Assembly (NCBI GenBank): GCA_964276515.1
Contig: OZ193909.1
Coordinates: forward strand, 21,080,001 to 21,144,000
DNA: 64,000 nucleotides
Direction: 5' to 3'
DNA from: Gordius albopunctatus
Lineage: Eukaryota
Positions 54,745 through 64,000 of the stretch are shown here, in pieces. Every line of letters begins with the position of its first letter. Within the stretch, counting starts at the first letter, position 1. Under the pieces are notes generated by a model. That model was not told the origin of the DNA and did no database searches. It was given only the letters and a program-made list of their open reading frames with translations. The translations under genes and the position numbers were made by a program.

Positions 54745-57700
54745 GTCAACGCACATTTTAAATATATATATAGTAACTAGCCGTGCCCGCCCGGCCAAGC
54801 GTTGCTTGGAGGCTAGACTTGTAAAAACGGCTGCTTTATATTTGGGCGACCTTTGGTTTTAGTCTAAACATAATGAACCAAGTGCATTTTGCTTAGTAGA
54901 CCTCTAGGATTAGTCGAAATATGGAAAACAGGGAAGAGTAACCGTTAGACTTAGTTAAACCAAAGTTCGAGCAAATAGAACCAACCGCTTTTACAAGACT
55001 AGTTGAAGCCCGGCTTGCACAAGGCAAATTATATTTTTTCCCACCGGCACATAGCCCCCAGAATTAAATTACACCGAAACAAGCCCGCATTAATTAAGAA
55101 TAGGCCCGCATTGTTTTAATGTTTTCTATTTGTATCATAAAAATGTTGTAAAATCAGGTAATTTAGGTTCCGAGGGCAGCCAATTCCTCAAACAAATATC
55201 AAAATATGTAACCTCCATTATACAGGATCCCAAAGAATTCTTTTACATCAAGTAGAAAATCAGCATGGAAATTGTAAAATCTAATACAATCTCAATCCAT
55301 GGATCGATGCCAGCCCATTAATTTAATATATTTTAGCATACAACATACTTCATTCGTTGGAAATAAACTTCTAACGATTTGGTAAAAAAAATTTTTTTGT
55401 CATTTAAAAATCAAAAAATACTTTTATATTTCCAAAAATAGATAACTAAAGGGCCATGAAAGAGGGTAAAAAATAGGGGGGGGGGGGCAGAGTTCTCAAT
55501 TTATTTATGATATATACCATGAGCAAATATTGTAGATAACTAAAAAAGTTTGACAAAAGCAATTCAATCTACTACCTGCTCTAATTTCCTGCTCGAGCTC
55601 CTGCTAAATTTTTGTAACAGATTTGGCTGCTGCTTCGACTAACTTCTCGAGCATTTTTACATGCTACTGTTAAAACTATTGCACCGAAACTAGCACATTA
55701 CCCAGCTACTGTTCGTGCTCGCGTTTTTAGCTGAAGCTACTTAGCAATTTAACAACTAGGGCAAACACCACACCTCCCCCTTTATTGAGAAGTCGAAGAC
55801 TTAAAGTCTTGCCGTTCCGATAAAGGTATAGGGGTTTCAGTGTTGTTAAAAACCATTTAAAGGTCGAGGCGGACTTAGGTGGAGGTCGAAGTGGCGATTT
55901 ACCTTATCTATTTTTTACAAAGTCCAAACTAACCATAGGTATAACAAACAATATAATTTTCAAACATTTCCTGAAATTTAGCCCATCTATCTAATTTATC
56001 GTCTGACATCTAGTGCCAGTTCCTGACCTTTGCCCTCGGATCGACTGATTCATAGACAACTGATTTCAATGAAATCCTGCACTGTGAATCAGTGAGAAAA
56101 AGGGTACGTCATGGCTAGTGGACTTAGCGTCCCAGCTGTGTGACGCACCGAGCAACAGTCTCGAAAGTAATTATAATCAATCTATACTAAATCATCACAA
56201 AGGCTGTACGGTTTTACTTTTATTTTATATCTACACTGTTAAGAACCATTTTAGAAATTATCCTTTCTCTCGCCACCCCTTCCTGATTTTAAATCATGCG
56301 CAAACCGCTAATAATAATAATACTTTAAAAAATGTTAAGTAAAATTATCAATAAGAGAAAAGGGGGTTGAATAACAATTTTTGTAAACACACATTTTTGG
56401 TTTATAGCGTGTGAGTAATTAAAGTGTGTCTGTTCTTTAAATTCTATCTTACCAGACAGTGAAAAATTTTGACCTTCAGAATTTCAAAGGGTTGCTTTAG
56501 AATGTTCTCGGGCAACTCTGATGTTAGGTTGTCGCGGTTTGGTTGGTTCCCGATGGTTCGGACATTGTGGGTTGACACTCGGAAATAGGATATTGGGTAT
56601 TTGATTTTTTGAGGACGTGTATCATTTCCACGTTTTCTGACACCACTTTTATATTTCCAAAAATAGATAACTAAAGGCTTTATTGATTTAGAGTCCAAAT
56701 TGAAGAATATTTTCGAGCTTTACATTTATTTATTTATTTAAAATTTATGGATCCGCGAAATAAGTTTATTAAGTTCTCTTTTCTGAAGGGTTACATTTTC
56801 GGACAATATGTATATTTTCTGTAAGCGAAAATAAAAAGATGTGTAGTAATGAAAATCACTAAATCATGGTAATTAAAATCGACAAGGCCGGGTAATTAAA
56901 ATAACTATTTTTATCATCGCGATACTACAAATATTCTGAATCATCATAAACGAAACGCGTACAAGTATGCGTGAGGGGGGGGGGGGGGAGAATAAAAGGG
57001 GTAATAAAAAAACGTTAAGTACACTACAAAAAACACCACAAATACTTTTATTTGATTGGGGGCTTTAATGTAGTCCTTTTCTCTTTTATGACACGAGACT
57101 TACCTTACTTCATCATAACACTAGTCTTGTAAGCGTGGCTGGGTTTTGTGTGGTCGACCTTTTGTTTTAGTCGACTAAACACGAAGAGACCAAATGTTTT
57201 TTGCTCTCTTGCTGTTTAGTCGGCCTAGCTGTTTCGAAATTTGGGATACGGACCAGTGTTCACCGTCAGTCTTAGTTAAAACAAAAGTAAACCAAATGAA
57301 ACCCAGCTGTTAATATAACACTCTATAACATGGGCGTAGACAGGGGGGATGGGCAGGATGGCGCTGCCCTTCCCTTCTGAATGACAAAAAAATTTTAATG
57401 CAATAACCCTTAAAAATTAAAAGAAAATTATGTTTTGCCCCCCCCCCCCACCCTAATTGAACTTTTTAACTTTTCGCCCCCCCCCCCTAATCCAAAACCT
57501 GGCTACGCCAACTCTCTCTAAATTAATGCCTTTAATATACTTTTTATATTCTCCAAACATAAATATTAGGATTTATTTATTTAATTTTAGTTTAAGCGAC
57601 GCGACGCGCGCGATAAAATTTCTTGTTTTTATAAATGTTACATTTTCCCTTTTCTTTATTTTCTACACTCAAAAAAAAGAATTAATTAATCACGGTGATG

Positions 57701-60086
57701 CTATAATAACGAGAAGATAAAAATGGTAATAATAAACGATCTATTTTTATCATAGAATGATTCATTACAATTTACGCCTATCACGGGCTATAACTATAAG
57801 TGTGTATGTGTGTGTGGGGGGGGGGGGGAGAGAGAATAAACAAAAACAAATAAGCTAGTCTTTTATGTGCACGTCGCGCCTAACTAGCGATCTTATAACA
57901 ACACTATTACGTGGCACATTTCCAGAGTAAACGTTTTTAAGTAAAAGGGACGATAAAAATAGATGAGTAAAAATAAGTAAGCGGGGGGAACACCACAATA
58001 CTTTAAAATCATAGGTTAAAATTTATTTACCATAAAGTACTACGTGCATTTCTTGGTTTTTATATTCAAAATTTGAAAGAAAACAAAATAAATTCTTAAA
58101 TTTTACTTGTATAGGTTCAAGACCGGCCCGCACTTTTAGAAAATCTATATTTAGCCCGGCGCAGCCCGGCCGGGCTTGGACGGCTAAATTAAATAAGCTA
58201 ATTTGGCTTAAGTCAGACCTATTGGGGCAGCCCGACCCGAGCTAGGCCCGATAACTAAACTCTGAGTAACCCATTTGTAAAATATGATTTAAATAATACG
58301 CACATATAAGTGTTTTATTCTTATACATAAATTTTTTTCACAAATAAGATTTGTACATTTCGCCTTTTTTATTCATTTGTCTACGCTATCACTTATTTTT
58401 ATAATACAGAATTAATTCACAACTATTCTTTTTTGGCTGCAAATAAAAAATTTTCACCATTATATTCTATAGCAAAGTAAGAATCACTAATTAAAATAAT
58501 TTTTTTTAGCATTAGCCGTTAATCTATTAAAATTGGGTGACCCTTTTATAATAGTGGTTTAAACATTTTGGGATTGCATAAATTCGGGTCTAACGAGCAA
58601 ATTTAATTAATTAAGCCGGGCAACTCTAATGGTTCGGGCATGGCAGAGCGGACACTTTGAAGGGTTCAGGCGGGCAATTTAGTTAAGAATATGGACCAGG
58701 CCGGATAAGGACAGAAAACTTTAAATAAAATCTGACCTCTGTTTGGGATCACATAAATTCTGGATTAACGGGCAAATTTAATATTTCGGGTCGGGCACTT
58801 CGGGCATCTTTAACGTTCGCCCCGGGCCCTCCCGGCGGGCAATGAAGTCAAGAAATGGAATCTGGTCGGGTTCGGACAGAAAATTCCAAACAAATCTGAC
58901 CTCTGCGCGATAGTATTAGTGGAGTATATTTTACCCAATTTTTTAACTTTTAATATTTTGAATCATAATTTATAAACAGGTCAAGCTTTATACATGTGTT
59001 TATAAAATATTAAAAATTATGATAAAATCCTAAGAAATAATTGTTACATTACATTAATTTAACACATAGATATAAAAATGTAAGTTTTTTTTTCAAAATT
59101 AAAGAAAACACACGTATGTGCATTTGTGAGGTAAACAAATCCCCACAAACCAAAAAGCTTCTATTTAAAAAGTTTTGACCAAGCCTGTGTCTTTTCCTTA
59201 ACCTAGTCCATGATAATGTGTTAGAATTCTGAAAAAGCCAGATCCATAAGTTTAAAATTGCTTTTTATATTTAAGTTTATAACTATGGTGGGCTATGACG
59301 TATGAGGCATATTACGAATACTCTCACGTTTTAATAAATGGGATACCGTTTGTAAATAAAGTTTTATAATAAAAGAAAATTATAAAAAGCATACAAATAT
59401 GCAAGATCCATGCGTTAGCTGCATTAAAAGCACGACGAAAATTAATTTTATCGGACCTAATATTGATATCAAATTTTTCAAAAATATTACGCTTGATAAA
59501 CATTACAATAGGGTTTTAAACTTTTTTTCATTTTTATAATAAATGTTTTATATTAAGACTAGATTTTCTAAAACTTTTAGTGGCAACCGTTTTTTGCCAA
59601 TCATTCTTTCTGGTTGATATTTTTAGGTCATAATTTCTAGGCTATGATAACTACTATAATCGTACAAACTTTAATTTATGACGCGATTTTTTACCGCCAG
59701 CTACTCATCATACATCAACCCATAATAAAATTCATTTGGCATCCTATAAAATAGTAACTTATTGTTTGATTACGGATCATGTAGGTTTCACGTTCAATTT
59801 TAATAGTCACTAGCCTACTTCAGGTTCGCATTAATTAGCATGGATTCCCAAATGTTTAAATAGAGCTTTTAAAAATTGGCATATCGAAAATTTTTCTTAA
59901 AAAAACATTCATCTTATATAAATACCAATTACTGGGTAACATATGCGAATATTAAATAGAAAGACCTAAGATTTAAGCAAAGCTTTTCCCATTATTATCG
60001 TATCAATTGAATAAATGAGTTGTTTAAAAAGGGTCGTAAATGTTTCCGACGAAACGAATAACATTCTTGATTGACCATGTGATCGC

Positions 60087-60986
60087 ATGTCATCAACTTA
60101 CGCGTGTATTTTTATATTCCTACAATTTTCTATTTTTCTTTGCTCTGAGTTTAGATTTGAATTAGCTGATAACTCTAAAGCGTGTTATCACAAAATCCTG
60201 GACAAAGGTGCCAAAACAAAGTTAGAATTTAGTGTAAGTTTTATCGGATTATTAAATAATTTTTTTTGTACTTAAGTAATGGCAAGAGAATTTGTATAAC
60301 AACAGGTTATTAGTGGTGGAAATTATGATGTCGATGTTGTTATTATTGGTCCATTGAGTAATATTCCCATTCAGTACTTTAAACAAAAACAATCTGATGT
60401 CTATGAATGGGTATCTCCTGATACAGGAACTCATATGGTCTGCTTTAGCAATGAGTTTTCTTCCTTTGAACATAAATCTATATACTTTGATTGGAGTGAA
60501 GCAGATGATGATCATTATGGAGCTTTTGATCCAACTAAAGTCCACCATCCTCTTAACTTAGTAATTGAAACACATTATCTAATATGAATTTTATTATATT
60601 AACTTTCAGTATTGATTTTTAATATATATTTTATGTGCTTTTATAATCTATATATTGATAAATATTCTTCTATTTTTTAAACAATTTTTTTTTTAATAAA
60701 TATTTTTAATTCAAATTTTATTTAAAAGCATAAGAATTATATTTTTTATATCAAGATTGAACAATCCACTGAAGTTATCCATGATAATTTGAACCAAGTT
60801 GTTGAATATCAAACACATTATCAATTAGCTGAGGCCTCTGGGAGGATTTTTGCTGAAGAACTAAACAACAAAGTTATGATCCTTTGTTTAAGCTTAACCC
60901 TAGCCATATTAGTAATAGGGATTGGACAAATTATTATTCTGAGAAACTTTTTTACTGAAAAGAAGCCATTGACAAATTCTTATTAA
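60087..60986 (+). CDS. TMED7: p24/TMED gamma-subfamily cargo receptor (TMED7/TMED3-like), 210 aa; exons 60087-60233, 60306-60560, 60756-60986
   Basis: Signal peptide, FELADNSKACY, VISGGNYDVD, CFSNEFSSFEHKSIYFD, YQTHYQLAEASGR..AEELN, TM segment, LRNFFTEKK tail; GT-AG introns in phase 0. TMED7 versus TMED3 not resolvable by eye. Confidence 0.9.
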
Positions 60987-61823
60987 GCATAATATAAAAT
61001 TGTTAAAATGAAATAATAAAACATTGTTATTTTGTTAAAATTTTCTTATATTAAAGGTCCATTTGTATAATAAATATATTTTCACATAGAAGGGGTTAGA
61101 GAAACTTTTAAAGCCAAGCTAAATATATGCAATTATTTTCAGCCTGTGTTTTTAAGTCAGCTGGTTTACCTTTTAAGTAAATATTTTCTTATTAATATGG
61201 TAACTAAAATAAAATATGATAATTAATTTATATATTTAAAAGGTACTTATGAAGATATATAACAGTAGATATTTAGGACATCGGTAAAATATAATTTATT
61301 GTTTAAAGAGGGTTGTTTTTAAGATTTTTAAATTTACAACACTTATTTTTAAGTCAAGGCTATATTTAAAAAAAGTTATTTGAATATCTTGGCTTCTACA
61401 TATTAATATTAATTTCCACAATAATTGATTCAATAAATACTAAGAATCATAGAAAATTAGTGCAAAAATAGTTTTGATTTATTATATCAGTCAAAATGCT
61501 GTCTAGTTATATCACCATAACTTTATTTAATTTTAGGCAAAATTAAAAGCAAACAATATGTCAGAATATGAGGATATATCTATCAAATTGATATTTATTA
61601 GGAAGAGTATTCATTTGCGAAAAGGATTATCTTGATTAGTTCTTCTCATGTGTAATTTAAATTTAAAGTTTACATTGCCATGCTTTCACTAATAAATGAC
61701 TTCCTCAGATAAGAAACTTAATGTTAATGTTAGTGGCTTCTAAAATTTGTTGCCGAATATAATAAAATTTAATAATGAGAATATTTCAATTTAATTTCAT
61801 GCCATATTTTTAGCACAAGAGAC

Positions 61824-62633
61824 TAGAGCCCTGCACGGGCCGTCCGAGGCCCGAGTTCGGCCCGGCCCGACAGGCTTTCGGGCCGGGCTCTGGCAAATTT
61901 TCAAACATTGATCGGGCCTGATGGGCCAGCCCGACCCGTGGCCCAAAAAAATTTGAATAAATATTAATGCAAAATATAATTACAATACAAAATAATCCCC
62001 CTACAAATAAATATTTAGAATTTTACTAGCCCCCATATATTAATTTGTTTGATTTTAAGTTTTTGATTTAGACGCGTTGCCTGTTTTTAAACCATCTTCT
62101 TACATAGAGAATATATTTAGACAATAGACCGCGTGTGTTTTATGTGTATGCCTATGTTGATATAGTTTTATAATGTATGTGAGTCTGAGTATGATTTATT
62201 AGGGGTAAGTTGTTAGGTTAGGAGAAAGGGAGAGCTACATAATTAATTTTCAGTGTTGTAATATCACAATATCATTCCCACGGTGGGTTCAGAGTGAATT
62301 TCCTTGTTTGAGCAATTTGGCTAGAAAGTATTTGGCAATACCTGTTACATCAGCCAGCAGTGACCGAGCCTTTTTTACAGCTGGGCGAGCTTACGAAGAG
62401 AGAAGGACTTCGTTAAAGCCCGATAAATTAGACTCCACTTTATTTATTTACCATAATTATTCATATTTTAAATCACATAATATTCGCGATACGTAATATA
62501 TTTATAAATAAAATTTTGAAATAAAATTTGTACAAATTTACATTTTTACAAAAGTCGGGCCGGGCTCGGGCAAAAAATAAAAAAAGTTTCGGGTCGGGCT
62601 CGGGCCGATAAAATTCAATTTTGCAGGGCTCTA
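61824..62633 (+). mobile_element. Internally deleted hAT transposon retaining the C-terminal dimerisation domain
   Basis: TAGAGCCCTGCA...TGCAGGGCTCTA; perfect TSD CAAGAGAC; FPCLSNLARKYLAIPVTSASSDRAFFTAG. Confidence 0.92.
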
Positions 62634-62789
62634 CAAGAGACCAAGCGGTATTCCAACATAAAATTTTTAAAAGTATTTCTATATCAGACGGATCATAGAT
62701 ATTTTTTAAAGTAATTAAAAATAGAGTGGGGAATTTACCCTTTTCAATCATGTTTGTTTTTTAAACTAAGTAAGTGAAACGACCGTAAT

Positions 62790-64000
62790 GTGTTTTTAGA
62801 ACTGAGTTTATTCAAAATATATCACCTGTGGTTGTCGATAAAAAACGAAATATGTTTTACAATACGATGTTACAAACATAAAATAGTACAATCATAACAT
62901 CTCTCCCCGCTTAATTATTTACATCCCCACATCTCTTCAATCAATCGACGTGGCGGTTTCTTGTTTCTATCCTTCCTTCTTAGAAAAACATTTTCGTTCT
63001 CAGGTGTATCCATTTCAGCTGGCATTAATTCCTCTTGTACTGACTGTTCAAATACCAGTGTGGCTGATCTCGACATTTGTTGCCCCTTCTTGAAATTCTT
63101 CCACTGGTATTGATGCCGCTGAACTTAGTGCCTGTTGAACTTTGACTTCTTCCCTCCTTAATTGGTCCGCATGCTTCCGTAAGAATTTATTATTACTTTA
63201 TACATCGTACGACAACAAGCCTTTCCTAGCTAATACTTTACCTTTTCGCCATCCAAACGTTAATTCATTTTTCACCCAAACCGGATCACCAGTCTCGAAA
63301 TTCCTTGAATAGGCCGTCCTATCGTGGTGATTGGTTTGTTTATCAGTCTGACGTTCTAAATTAGTTCGAGGATTTGGTCAAGACCAATCTAGCATGGTCC
63401 GGTTCCTTCGATCAAGTAGCATCTTTGACGGTGACCTACCTGTTGAACTATGTTCGGACAATCTGTATGTAGATAGAATCTCATGCATACAATCCTCAGG
63501 ATCCTTGATGTCTTCTCTGGTTGCCAAGTAACGGCTTTTTAATGTTCTAATGCATCTATCAGCATATCCATTGGTTTTGGGATGGTACGGGGTTGTCAAA
63601 ACATGTACTATATTATACTCCTTACAAAATTTTTCAAATTCGTCGGATGTAAATTGGGGTCCGTTATCACTGACTATTTGGCGCGGAATACCGAATCGAG
63701 CAAACCAACCTTTTAGTTTCTTTATCACAATTTTTGAATACGAATTTTTAAGGAGATCCACTTCAATCCATTTTGAGTAAGAATCAATTCCAACCAGCCA
63801 TAAGTAGGAGTCCATTGGACCTGCTAGATCTATATGCAATCTTTCCAATGGTGTATTTGTAACGTTCCAAGAATATAAGGGAACTTCCGGCATATAAATT
63901 TCTTAATATCCTCGTCCAAACTCGGCCAATAAACGTAATATCTACTAATAGATTTCATAGCATTTATTCCGGGGTGCCCTCATTCAATACGGGCTTACGC
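62790..64000 (-). mobile_element. Gypsy LTR element (second family): integrase, PPT and short 3' LTR; continues beyond the window
   Basis: ERLHIDLAGP, IDSYSKW, VSDNGPQF, PYHPKTNG; PPT AAGCGGGGAGAGA then TGTTAT at 62899; LTR far end approximate. Confidence 0.88.

Noticed and set aside
56110..56150. TGGCTAGTGG A-box-like motif suggesting a tRNA or SINE
   Set aside because: No B box or cloverleaf found.
47411..59137. TGTTTAC/GTAAACA FoxO-binding motifs (47411, 56383, 59131) as autoregulatory sites
   Set aside because: Too few to exceed chance in AT-rich DNA, and one lies inside a TE.

Overview
AT-rich, repeat-dense animal (invertebrate-type) nuclear DNA with four spliced host genes: a USP19-like deubiquitinase (- strand, ~0.7-15 kb, running off the left edge), NDUFA5 (+, 19731-20227, five exons split by 34-38 nt introns, absent from the ORF track), an unusually long FoxO (-, 32158-45535, ~1104 aa) and a TMED7/p24-gamma gene (+, 60087-60986). 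The rest is largely mobile DNA: an apparently intact Sola2-type DNA transposon with ~700-bp TIRs in a USP19 intron plus a non-autonomous relative, Mag-like Gypsy LTR elements, RTE and CRE-like LINEs, a non-autonomous Helitron and several hAT-type MITE families. The most striking observation is that both Sola2-family elements have bipartite ends: a 15-nt terminal motif and an internal TTTCGGCC motif separated by 12 nt at one end and 22 nt at the other, a one-helical-turn asymmetry reminiscent of the RAG 12/23 rule. Also notable are a 111-bp target-site duplication around a CRE-like LINE and the apparent loss of the MYND finger from USP19. Family assignments come from motif recognition by eye; no database search was run.
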